Shown here in pieces: positions 48,362 to 59,325 of a stretch of DNA of 59,325 bases. The stretch comes from Phoronis australis (lineage: Eukaryota > Animalia > Phoronida). The notes under the pieces were generated by a model. It was not told the DNA's origin and did not search any database. It worked only from the letters and a program-made list of their open reading frames with translations. The position numbers and the translations under genes are program-made. Position 1 is the stretch's first letter, and every line of letters begins with the position of its first letter. Location: NCBI GenBank assembly GCA_002633005.1, contig NMRA01001076.1:1-59325 (forward strand), read 5' to 3'.

Positions 48362-48516
48362 GTGTTCTCTTGGCAAACGAGCGCTGTCGATGTCACCCAG
48401 AACACACTACTGGATGCCAGTCTGTCTGCACCAGCGTCCAAGAAGCGGCGGGTGGAAGCAGGATGGCTAGCTGTGTGCAATAAACTGACGGAAACTGGCA
48501 AGGAAATAACTCCCTG
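48362..48516 (+). CDS. ATM: ATM internal exon with NLS-like KKRR
   Basis: VFSWQ...PASKKRRVEAGWLAVCNKLTETGKEITP(W) versus human PCKRKKIELGWEVI...LVPW. Confidence 0.9.
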
Positions 48517-49630
48517 GTAAACTTAATTTTCTCAACTTGAAACAATTTCACAAGAAATTATCAGATTACGTCATATTTGACCAAAAAGATGGCGGGTTGA
48601 ATGGGATATACTATTTCCAACAAATTCACACACCTCACTGAAAAGATATATTTTATTTACATACATCATATGTGTTGGTAAACAGGCTTCATTTTTAATT
48701 CTTCTTGATCACCATCAGTTCATTCCTGTTAAATTGTTTTGCGCTATTTGAGATTTCCGTATTACCTCTGGGGCTTAATTTGGTAGATGGTATTTTGCTG
48801 GACCAATTGGCTCCTTCAGGTACAGTAATTCTACATTTCTCAAATAATTGCCAAAATTGTCATTTTTTCCCATTTTTCTAAATCCGATTAATATTTTATT
48901 GCAAATCCTGGAAGATTTACTAAAAGTTATTTTCACACACAGTACAAATGAGCTAAAAAGTAACGGAGTAAAAATTTCTTATCGTTTAGGTCTGCTTTTC
49001 AAGGAGACTATTTGGCTTATGTCTTTTAACTTACTAGGCAAAGGTTTATTTTTTGTTTTTTTGGTGTAATCTCAAAACATTTCATCTTGTATCGAGTTCA
49101 CCAAATGATAAATTTCTGTCTTTTGACTCAAGTTGTAGAAAAAATTTCTGACTTTCAGCCGTAGCCCTTTTTGTGAAACGGGGTGAGTCTTACAAAGGTC
49201 AGGCAAAGGCCAAAAGTCAAAAGGCCAATAGTCAAAAGGCCAAAAGCCAAGAAACTTTTCGAGATACAGAATTTTGAAAAATTTTAATGTTCAAACACGT
49301 GTGGTTCTCTCAAGTGTGTTTTTCAACACTTTCAGAGTTTATTTTTCTATTTCAATATGGCAGTAGATACTTACACAAGGTGACAATAGTAAGTACAATA
49401 CACACAAGGTGACAATAGTAAGTACTATACACACTCACTCACGCTCTTGTTCCTCAGCATTGTGGAGCTTGAAATTAAATGCATTCAGATAGTCGTGGGG
49501 TTTTCCTTATCCCATAAGTGGGATGAACAGCTTTCTGTTTCCAGTGCACGTGATTGATAACAAGATGACCCTGTCTTCATTTGCGCCACCTTGTGCATAA
49601 TGCCTCCATTTTCAGACGCGTTTGATTCGC

Positions 49631-49934
49631 CGTAATAGTCACTTACGGGCTTCCCACATTTTAATAACCAGTTTTGTCCACTGAATAACGGGCATCAAAC
49701 TGGTTCTCAAAATCCGGTAGCCCGTAAGAGTCTATTGCCCTGATTTGCACTATGCCGCCTTATGGCAAGGTTAGTTGTCCACTGCTAATTTTTTTGTACT
49801 CTCCTGCATTGTAATAGTCTGTTACAGTTCTCCCCCCCATTTTGACAACCAATTTTCTCCATTGAATAACGGGCCTAAAACTGCTTCTCAAAATCCATGT
49901 CCCCTGTAATTGACTATTGCCTGTATGCACTGTT
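49631..49934. repeat. Two diverged ~125-bp direct repeats in an ATM intron
   Basis: gtaatagtc...tcca.tgaataacgggc..aaactg.ttctcaaaatcc...ctattgcc at ~49632 and ~49811. Confidence 0.7.
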
Positions 49935-51182
49935 GCTTTGATTTCTACTAAATATAGAATCCTCTGCACTTGTAAGATTGGGACAGATAAAAGCCCTTCT
50001 CCCCTAAGGTGCATTTGTAATTTAGTTTTTCAACAATTGTGTCATATTTCTTCATTCAGTGTTATGAATTTTCACAAATTAAGTTATTTACGTCTGCCAC
50101 GAGTTTTGCACATCAGTACTTTCTGGGCCAATTCAATACACTACTAGCTTAGCATTGCTAATGCACAGATATCTACCTTAAGTTTGCTTACAGAGCAAAG
50201 GATGTGAATTTTTGTGAAATGTCATTGTTGGTGTAAGTGCCTTGACTCCATACTAAAATATGGGATGTTCATACATTTATTTAACTATTTGACCTATAGC
50301 ATTCACTATCTGTTCAAGGCAAGACGTGGTCTGTTCTTTTAGCATTGGGTGTAGAATGTGTTACAACAGGCAGGACTGCAGGCCCCTCGCTCATCTGAAG
50401 TGAAAAGTGCTTGTGCCTTCTGAATGTGTGATTTTTTGGTTGAGGGAACTCCATCCTCCCCCTGTTGCCACCCCTCATTGGCAAACCTCAAATAACCAAA
50501 CCAGATATTCTTCAGAAGTGAGTCTAATCGTGATTGGACCATATAATCATTGGAGATAATTGTTAAGGCCTGAGTGGAGGAATTTTGTTAGATTTTGAAA
50601 TATTTTCACAAGGGAATGAGGTGACCATCATCTACAAAATTTAGGCATGCTGGTTTTTGAATGTTTTCGGTGCTCCCATGCAAGATTTTGTCAACAGACC
50701 TGTCCTTTAAGCACCCTTCATTGTGAAAGATCTCGTCATGGTTGTGCTGACCTAAACACTTCATACCAGAGGCACCTGTTGTCTAACTAATTTATATAAA
50801 TAAAATCATCATTTGTCATTTCTAATATGAATAAGAATTAAGTATGGCACATGGACTATTACTTTGAGCCTGGCTTGGCTGATTGTGCCATTACATCCTT
50901 TTGGGGGATGTCAAAGAGGAAAACAATGCAAAGCTTTCAATTTTGGTCGGTTTTGTTAACAATTTAATAGTTTTTTCATGGATTCCAGTACGAGGAAAGA
51001 GGCTGAGGTTATTGTGTCAGCGTTTTGTGTTCCTTTTTGTGAGCCTGTGAGAGGGTGGAGCTTGTCTATGCGAAGGTGTTGTTCTAACCAATTAACAAAA
51101 ATTGGTTGAACTTTCTGGCTTGGACCCAAGATTTGAATTAAATAATTGTTTGATCTCTTAATCTTCATCTGATTGATTTCAG

Positions 51183-51290
51183 GTTGCAGCTAGTTGAGAG
51201 GGTCCTCTCTGCTTACCCTGCTAGTCTGACGGAGAACGACGCCCCTGAAGTACTGAGGACTCTTCACCACGTCCTGGCCCAGAGCAAGAA
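51183..51290 (+). CDS. ATM: ATM internal exon
   Basis: LQLVERVLSAYPASLTENDAPEVL versus human [20 protein letters not shown]. Phase 2/2. Confidence 0.9.
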
Positions 51291-51891
51291 GTAAGAACAT
51301 TTTGACAGCTTCAGTTGAAGCTGAAGTCCTAGAAATTCAGTTAAATAATTATGGTATTCACCACTTTTCTTCATGCTGAGTTCAACGCTGAGAATCCGGG
51401 CGCCTACAACATCGGCGCGGATCAGGAAGTAATAGATATCGAGATTCGCTAAGCCACCATCCAGTGGGGATAAATCAGCCATGCCGACTGCAAACCCTCA
51501 ACGTCATGAGCTGAGCTTTTAATGTGTCATAGAAGTTTTCATTTAGAGAAAATGGATTTAGTGTGAAAGTTACAGATTATGCACTAAATAGGTTGGAACC
51601 CCTGGTACTATCACATTGTTTTTACTTCACTTCTAATAGACCATTTGCAGGTGTCTCCACTGAGCAGGGGAAGTGGGACAAACTCGCCTTGCAGGACAAC
51701 GCATTAACATGTACAACCAGCATGTGGTCTTGCATACTTCAGGTGGATTCCTGCTGTGTAGCAACACTTACCACCATGACGCCAAATGTAGTGAGACAGA
51801 AAATACCGCCTCTTGTTTTTTTCTTAGAAATAAATGTCTATTTCTGTGATTATGTTTTTAGTTGACTATTGTTTGTTGTTAATTTGTGTAG

Positions 51892-52023
51892 GCTGCCGGT
51901 GACGATGGAAGTGATCAAATGTCTGCACGCATTGTGTCGCTGCCAGCAGTCTTGTGACTGGCATGAAATGGTAGTAGAGACATGCAGCCATGTTTGGAAG
52001 GACGTATGGACAGCCTCATTGAG
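51892..52023 (+). CDS. ATM: ATM internal exon
   Basis: EVIKCLHALCRCQ...VWKDVWTASLR versus human YVLRCLTEVALCQ...LWNKIWCITFR. Phase 2/2. Confidence 0.9.
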
Positions 52024-52703
52024 GTATTCTATTCTTTTTAATCTTTGCAATTTCCACTTTCTCCAACCTGGGTAGCTTAGATACTATGATTATGACTTCT
52101 TTCACTGATTTAAACATTTCGAACGGAATTGACAAGTGTTTTTAAGACCAAATTTTGCGTCGAAAATGAGCCGCTGTAAATCACTCGCCTGTGTTCAGTA
52201 CGTGCGGTGACGTGGTGTTGGGGAATAACACTGCTTGGTGCGGGCTATGTGAGCCCTCAAGGTACGTCATTAGTTCAGAGTCACCTATTTGCAGAAATTT
52301 GTTGTCTCAAATTTAATTTTCAAGACGTTTTCAATGAATACAAGGGACCTTGTTTAGCACTGATGATCAAACAGCATTGCCGTTTAGTTTCTGCTCTAAA
52401 TTAGCATAGTTAGGAGCATGCAAATACATCTTTAATTGTTAGACCAAATGTAATCTTGCTAGCAATCAAAATCTGAGCCTCTTGAGAAGCGATTTCGTTA
52501 TTTATAGTAACAAAGGAATGTGAGGTCCAGTGTCTTTTCTTAAGTTGATTACCTGAAACATTCTCGTGTTTGGAAATATCTTTCATTTCCTATGTTGCAA
52601 AATACAGTACGTTTAGGAAGATTGTTGCAGTTACAAGTCACTTCAAATTAGACATGTGTTTTTAGTTAAATGACGTAATGATTATTGTATAGGAACTTTG
52701 CAG

Positions 52704-53310
52704 GTGCGTCACCTTGCGGCACGCTGTTGCAGAAGGATTTGCATTATTGAGTATGCTCGTCCAGTCTGGTCTGATTGACCCGTCTAAAGACGTGTGGTCA
52801 CTGTTCCGGCCCTCCACCACTTCCGTGTCTGACCATTCTGTGCAGTTTCTTATGACCATGTTCAAGCACTCCTCCATTCCTGAAAACTTTCAGCCAGACG
52901 CTCTAACAAGGGTTTTGCAGTCGTCCAATAGAGGGAGTTACCCACTGCGGCACGAGATTTTGGAGTGGCTGCTTCCAAATCATATCGATGTTCTAGAAGA
53001 TGCTCCAATTAATTTGTGCTGCGAGGTTGACCCGGTTACTTTGGGAAATGCCCTTGCATTCTTGATACAAACTAACACCTTGGAGCATTCTGGTAGTCAT
53101 GGTGATACAGCCAGGGAGGCTAAAGATGTGGAGTGCAAGCTGAAAGCCTTTGAGTCTATTTATTTGAAAAGTTCATTTAACAAGAGTCCCCCAAGCAAAG
53201 TGCAAGAAGTCACCAGTGTCAAACCATCGTTTATAAGTGCCCTGTGTGATGCTGTGATAGCGGCTCTAGTCAGGGATGCCCGCATGCAGTTTGAAATTCA
53301 AGAGAATGAG
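52704..53310 (+). CDS. ATM: ATM internal exon (607 nt)
   Basis: AEGFALLSMLVQSGLID...WSLF...LRHEILEWLL...FESIYLKSSF versus human AENFGLLGAIIQGSLVE...WKLF...LKESIMKWLL...VEELFLQTTF. Confidence 0.9.
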
Positions 53311-53930
53311 GTTTGTTTATTTTTCATTTGAAGGTAATGAATGTCTGTCACTAAATTTAGGTAGAAATTGATTGTAGGCAGAGAAAGACATGTCGAGTTT
53401 GAGACAAGTTTGTTTGTTTGTAACCATGCCGATTGAGCAATTGAAGGCACACCGTTTCTACGTTTTTGAATAAGGTGCTAGCTGGCGCATCTTGTGATTG
53501 ATTTCTAGAATACACTGATTTTGTTTGCCGTTGATATTGAGTTTTATTGTTACAGCACAAGGTAGCTATGCCCGTTGCTCAGTGTACAATACTATTTTGC
53601 CTAATAGCAGAGCCATCGCAGCAATAGTGATCATGCTGGACACTCAAGGGACACTTGAAGCCACAATTCCTGCCTTATGGAATGACAATGGTGTGATTGT
53701 GCATGTCTTTCTCCACAATTAAACATGCTAGCCTCGTCAACCTATCAGTTCAGTGCCATCCGTTTTGCTAGTGCACCTTATAAGGTCGCGCTTCTACTGA
53801 CGAAACACTTGCTTTTCAACGTCATCATGCGTGATGTTGCCGAACTCACAAGACGTTTACAAAATGCAATCCTTAGCTGGTGTGTGTCATCGGCATCTCG
53901 ACGGCAGTGACCCTACATTGTCTTTTTCAG

Positions 53931-54056
53931 GACAATCTCCTTGACAGTACTGTCTGGTACTGCAGACTACTTGGTCAGTGGCTCATCTACTGTCACCAGC
54001 ACCATCTGTTGGCTGCCATTGACTGGGGAAGGCATGAGCTTGTTACCATCTTTAAG
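53931..54056 (+). CDS. ATM: ATM internal exon
   Basis: DNLLDSTVWYCRLLGQWLIYC...TIFK. AG/GT bounded, phase 0/0. Confidence 0.85.
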
Positions 54057-54569
54057 GTATTAACTGTGCTGTGATGAGTAGTGAAGAAATGTATCAGTAG
54101 CCTGTCCACGGTTGTCATGACAACTAGCTGTTATATACTGAGGGCTTGTCTTGGTGATGAGAATATTTGGTCATTCAAGTAATTTGGGACTCGAAATAAT
54201 TGGCCGACTCTAAAGAGTACTGTACATAGCTTTACAAATTTGTAGAGCTTTTAAATATGATCGAACCTTTCAGCTTCGTTTTCCAGATTTCAAGTTTTGA
54301 TTTAAATAATTCATTACTTTTCTTTACTCAACCCATACTATGATGAAAAGTAACAATAATCAACAAACATGAACTACATTAAGAAACATTTAGTGGTTAA
54401 GGGGATGGTTCGCATTGCACAGATGGCACCAAACAACACTGAATAAGAGCCTGGGTGTTTAAGGCAATGTTTTAAGGCTTTGAAATTCTGAATGATCGCT
54501 TTGTGTTACAGATTTTTGTCCCAAATTAAGGATGAATTTTTATCGTACTTGCGGTGATTGTAATTTCAG

Positions 54570-54776
54570 AAATTAGTCTCCAAGTGTCTTCAGGGTGTTC
54601 TGAAGGGTTTGGACAACAGTAAGCCAGAGCCCGTAATAACCATGTTGGATAGTGTTAGGGCATTGTTCTCACTTCTGGCTTCTGTGGGGACCGATGAAAG
54701 CCCTGTCATGGACATATGCTGTGCTGCCGCACCTAGGAAATTGCTTGACAAGCTACGGGAACAAATTCACATAAAG
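54570..54776 (+). CDS. ATM: ATM internal exon
   Basis: KLVSKCLQGVL...PRKLLDKLREQIHIK. AG/GT bounded, phase 0/0. Confidence 0.8.
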
Positions 54777-55296
54777 GTGAAGTCTTGCACTTGGTTTCTT
54801 GCCATTGGTATCATTAACAAGAAACGTGGTTCACTGTTTGCCACATAAAACTAGGAGTCTTATAATGGGAGTCTTTCAGTTTGCAATGGGGGCTGATCAC
54901 TTTGGGACCGGTGACTCATAGCGCCACATAGCTGTTCCAGGATTTACTTAGTCTTCAAAGCGGGTGGCATGGGGGAATGATTTGCCTTGTTCATGAAAAG
55001 ACCCCAGCAAAATAGAGGCTGCTGGTATCTGGTCCCATGTGACCAGTCACCACATTGCCTTTGAAAGTCTCCTGTTCAGTCCTCTTCACTACTGTTTTGG
55101 CTGACTGTAGATTGGTGACGTTTGTGTGTAGAAGTGCTGTGGTTAGATTACTTGAAGATTTGTGTGAAGTAAGAGTTTGTTGCTTTCTGTCAGGTGGAGG
55201 CGGCATAGGCTATTAAATTCTTTGTCAAATTTTTTATTTATCACAGACTGCTATCAAATAATAATGCAGTAATTTAATTTTTTTTCTGCACTGTAG

Positions 55297-55468
55297 CCAA
55301 AGAAAACGTTGAGTGCTAGCAGACCATCAACATCACGGCAAGCGGTCATAATGGATCTAGATGATTTTGACATAGACAGTGACCTCGGAAATGGTGGAGA
55401 CGACGACCACTTTGAAGATTTGGACGTGTTTGACTCCCAAGATGGGGCTGACAACAGTGATAGACAGG
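55297..55468 (+). CDS. ATM: ATM internal exon, acidic low-complexity loop
   Basis: PKKTLS...MDLDDFDIDSD...FDSQDGADNSDRQ. Phase 0/1, at the position of the acidic loop in ATM. Confidence 0.8.
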
Positions 55469-55732
55469 GTTTGTGTTAACGCTGCTCCAAGATTTCCCTG
55501 GCAGTTTAATGTACACAAAATCGATGTTCTTGATTCACCATTTGTCAAAAAAGTTGTGATTAGCTTTCATGCGCCTAAGTACGTAAATTGATGTAAACAT
55601 AATTCTTTTTTAGTTGAATGAATGAACACATGACACTGATTTTTCAGTCCGTTGAAATTATAGGTTGGACTGCTGCACAACAATTTGCCTTAAATGTGCT
55701 GAAAATTTACACCATACCATGATGCGTTTCAG

Positions 55733-55929
55733 CTTGGCAAAGTCTGTTCTGCTTCCAAAGTCTGTCAGCCATTCACCAGCTGCGGGTGAAATGTGCCGAA
55801 TTCCTGTGTGCTTGGTGCCTTGGGAATGGGACGGCCTCCTGCCAAGGGGAAATAACTGAGGTGGACAGACTGGTAGACATGTGTGCCAAGCTTGATCTGG
55901 AGGTCGCAAAACCTGTTAATCTTCAAGTG
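55733..55929 (+). CDS. ATM: ATM internal exon
   Basis: SLSAIHQLRVKCAEFLCAWC...LEVAKPVNLQV versus human YLSKQDLLFLDMLKFLCLC...LEPTKSLHLHM. Phase 1/0. Confidence 0.85.
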
Positions 55930-56209
55930 GTACGTGCTTCCTCTGGTGAAGGTATGCTCTCAGCAGATGCCCTGGCACAAGCAACATTCAAAGCTGAGCA
56001 GCTATCTGAACTTAAACCCCTCCACTAAAAAAGGGTCAATACTTGAGGGATGCCCGAGGCACTGCTGCTGGTTAGGAAGGAATGTTTTAAATTAGTCAGA
56101 GTTCATGTTGAACTGTGTCGGAGTGATTTTCATAAAAAAGCTGTTTTGTTTTCAGTAAGTTATCTGTTCTATAACAGGGTTCTGTAAGAATCTGTTTTTT
56201 CTTGTACAG

Positions 56210-56289
56210 GTGTCCACCGTCGTCAAAACCTTATGTGCATGTCAAGGTTTGTCAGCTGAAACTTTGGAGAATGTGCTCAATTGCATTAA
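56210..56289 (+). CDS. ATM: ATM internal exon
   Basis: VSTVVKTLCACQGLSAETLENVLNCI. Strong cag/gtaagt sites, phase 0/2. Confidence 0.8.
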
Positions 56290-57304
56290 GTAAGTATTAT
56301 CCAGCAGTGAAATGATTCCATGTCTGTGCTATTAAATGATGAGTTACGATCCTCTGAACCACAGTCCCGTATCAGCGAACATGAAACAAGCTGTACAAAT
56401 ACCCAGACCCGCTCCCCTGAATGCGACACCCACACTGTGCAAATGCTCCATATCTGGTGACGGAACCTCATACCTATGTACCAAACACTAGTCCTTTACC
56501 TGTGATCTTAGTATTTGTGAGGGTTTAAGGAGTCGTAGCTGGGATTTAGAAGCGAGCCTGTGAAATGGTTTCCACATCTCGTTTATGCCTTCCAGTGAAA
56601 TTAGCGTGTTGGGTCAGTGCTAAGGTAATGTATTTAACATAATTGTGCTCATCTGTCAGCCAATCTATAATAATGCATCCTTAGGAAATTTGCTGGCTGT
56701 GAATTAAAGAATCTATGAAAAGGTGACCTTTGCATCAGATAATCTGGATAGCACACAAATGTCAGTTTAAACATGCCAACCAAGTACACTTAAACCATTG
56801 TCTGCCATTGTCAGGTTCTGCCTCGTAATCACATCCTAACTACATCGAAGTCCATAAGGTTCTCATTCTTTGTTGGCAGCTGTTAGAGTCAATGTAGGAC
56901 ATTCCATGATAGTCGAGAACTGTCGTTTTATTCAGTGTCTGTAGACCTTGAATACATTCTGTAGAATGATGTAAGACACTAGTTTACTCTCGTGACAAAA
57001 ACTCATTGCTTAAGGTACGGAAAGATGAAATTCTATTCCACAATTCAACATCTCAATCTCACCGATTAATCACTTGTCATGGTCACCATATTACTAGGTT
57101 ATGGTAATAAGGTCTTGAACATATTCTCAAAGCATTTGCCTTCAACTCGTGTGATTTTGTGAGGTCTCTTGTGATCTCGTTTTTCTCGCAACTAACTTGG
57201 CCAATAGAATGCCACCCTGTATTTTGTCACTGTCAGTGTGTAAGTGCTATTGTCAGATAATTGTCAGTGAATAGTTTACTTAACAATTGATTTCTTTCCA
57301 CCAG

Positions 57305-57457
57305 AGTCCTACTGAGAACTATCCGCCGTGATCAGGAGGTGTTCACTGTCACTATACATCTTCTAGCCAACTGCATTAAACACTTGAAAGACCCTTATGC
57401 CGATGGTTCCTATGACCACTGTAGACAGACAGCAATCAAGCTTCTGAGAGGGTTATG
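57305..57457 (+). CDS. ATM: ATM internal exon (last confident one in window)
   Basis: TIRRDQEVFTVTI...AIKLLRGL(W) versus human LYRRDQDVCKTI...FLTVIGAFW. Confidence 0.9.
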
Positions 57458-58426
57458 GTTAGTGTTTTGATCCATTTCTTGTGATTTTTTTCATCTCGTA
57501 GTTCCTCTCTCTGCATCAACCTTTCAAATTAATCTCTGCCAAATCTCTGCGAAGGTTAGAAATGATCTTTAGACCTTAGCCAGCCAACAATTCATTGTTT
57601 CTTTGGACTAAGTTTGTCAGATTTGAAAGCAATATAGACCTAACTCATGTGGCAAACAGTAAAATCCAAAGCGAGGCTCACTGCGATAAACAAAGCGTAA
57701 GTTGACATTGCATGAGTTAAATGGCCAGTCTTTCGAGTCCAACCTGGATATTAGTAAAAATGTGTCGATAATTAACTACAGAGACGTAGATAAAACATTA
57801 GAGAACAAGTCAATGCAACAAAGAGTTGTCTGACGAAATGGTATAATTTCTTTTCGGATAACTAGGTTCGAATCATAAAAAGTAAATGTGACCAAATTGC
57901 GGCGATCGTAGTGTTACGGATTAGGATTTATGGTGAATGCAGGGTTACGTTTCTTCTTATAAATTGTTGATCATGCTTTCTACACAAACCAGGTCATCTC
58001 ATATTGTTGACGAGTTGAAGATATATTCGACAGTGGTGGCTCGTCTCATTTTGCTGTGATGTGCAATTAGTCACATCTGGTTTAATTTGTTGATCAAGCA
58101 TAGCCTAGGTCCAGGTGGGGTAGGGACTACCGGGACTAATAGTTGATTTGTCATTGATCTGAAAGAATAATTGATGTTATTAAATATATTAAATTAAACC
58201 AAATAACCAGGCTGGTAATTGAAAATAAAAATTATTTCAGAATCAGTTCTGCTTTCTTGGTTTTAATAATTCTTAGGTCTATTTGGTGTGTTAGGTTTCG
58301 AATATCAATCTGGACCAAGTTGAACTTTAAAATTAAAACACCTAATTTGTTCGTCTAAAGCATAATCTTGTTTTAGATCTCAATTGCTGTTAACTGGACA
58401 GAGCAAGAATAGTTATCATGTTTCTT

Positions 58427-58735
58427 CAGGGGCCTCCTTATCCGGGGTAAAGGTGCCTATGCCTTCTGAGAGGGGAATTTTTTCGCCAATCGAGTGAGGG
58501 GAAAATCTACCTCCCGGTCACTATCGATAACTCACCCGCCCTGTTGCAAGTTCTGATAGGCTCTGTCTCTAGTAGCATTTTGTGCTCTTTCAAATTTTCA
58601 CCTGTGTGGTTAGGTGAACTTCGAAGAGAAATTTTCAATCACTAGGAGAATTTTCAGGCCTCGGGGGGGGGNAATATTTTTGAGAGGGCAATAGGGACGA
58701 TATTCAGCCCCAAAATCGAGGGATTGAGCGCCCTG
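58427..58735. mobile_element. hAT5-like MITE, same family as 19566-19903
   Basis: caggg...ccctg termini. TSD ttctt at 58422-58426 and 58736-58740. Interior is collinear with the 19.6-kb copy. Confidence 0.8.
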
Positions 58736-59325
58736 TTCTTTGTGGAAAAAATGCATCATGTTTCAACCCGTAGTCATGAAAACAGCCTGGCTGGACGAAG
58801 ATTCTCCGGTAGTTGCTATGATGCTCAGCAACCAAAATGCGACAAAATATGATCTAACTTTTCAAAAACATTATTTTATAAATTTTACATGGACATATTT
58901 TCCTTCGTGGCACCAAACTAATGCTTCTGAATCTCAACGTTCTTAGGGATTGTAAAACAGACAGTTGAATGTCCGTGTTCTAGCCGTTTGAGCAACGCGG
59001 AAATTCAGAATACAACTATTCGGATAAGCAAACAGAACTATCATAGCGTGCCTCGTTTTGGAACGCGCCTCCTGTCGGCGTGAATTAGGTCTATGGCTGT
59101 TTGCAGGGTAGATCCCTTCTCTACCTCCAGGTGGCGATACTGTCACACCATCCGACTGTTCTTGAAAGAAACATTATTGCCGCAAAATGCATTTTTGAGA
59201 TTATTGAAGTTACATTGTAGTGATTTTATTACTAATTTGCAATTCTCGCCGTTGTATGAGACACCATAAATCGTTGTTCACTTGCCAAACTCGGCTTTGA
59301 CGTGTATTTGTTGGCCTAACTTTGA

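Noticed and set aside
54071-54141. Intronic C/D-box snoRNA (GTGATGA...CTGA)
   Set aside because: It is only ~15 nt from the donor, the terminal stem is weak, and I cannot identify an rRNA/snRNA guide. It would need a snoscan or Infernal hit.
59132-59268. Next ATM exon (WRYCHTIRLFLKETL resembles KYIFSVRMALVNCL)
   Set aside because: The phase fits, but similarity stops before the expected LLEADP..W motif, there is no convincing donor, and the surroundings look repeat-derived.

Overview
AT-rich eukaryotic genomic DNA with spliceosomal introns, most likely from a marine invertebrate (inferred from the transposon repertoire; I cannot name the species). Five single-N scaffold joins lie at 5233, 18985, 39357, 46609 and 58672. 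The right end (47.7-57.5 kb, +) holds 11 phase-consistent internal exons (2004 nt, 668 codons) of the ATM kinase gene; its 5' and 3' parts are not in the window. The left ~46 kb is mostly nested transposon remains: an internally deleted BEL/Pao LTR element, a truncated Gypsy element, a Kolobok element with two convergent THAP relics, a CR1/L2-like LINE end, Penelope remnants with hammerhead-ribozyme cores, Helentron-type elements, Harbinger MITEs, and several CAGGG/CAAGG-ended hAT-like elements with 5- or 6-bp TSDs. Among these lie a decayed multi-exon minus-strand gene ending in an open USP (peptidase C19) domain, and a ~3.3 kb duplicated block carrying decayed orphan or possibly Maverick-like ORFs. 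The most unusual item is a foldback element at 4979-5544 that joins a tRNA-like Pol III head to a Penelope-type hammerhead tail. All homology calls are from visual motif recognition, not searches.
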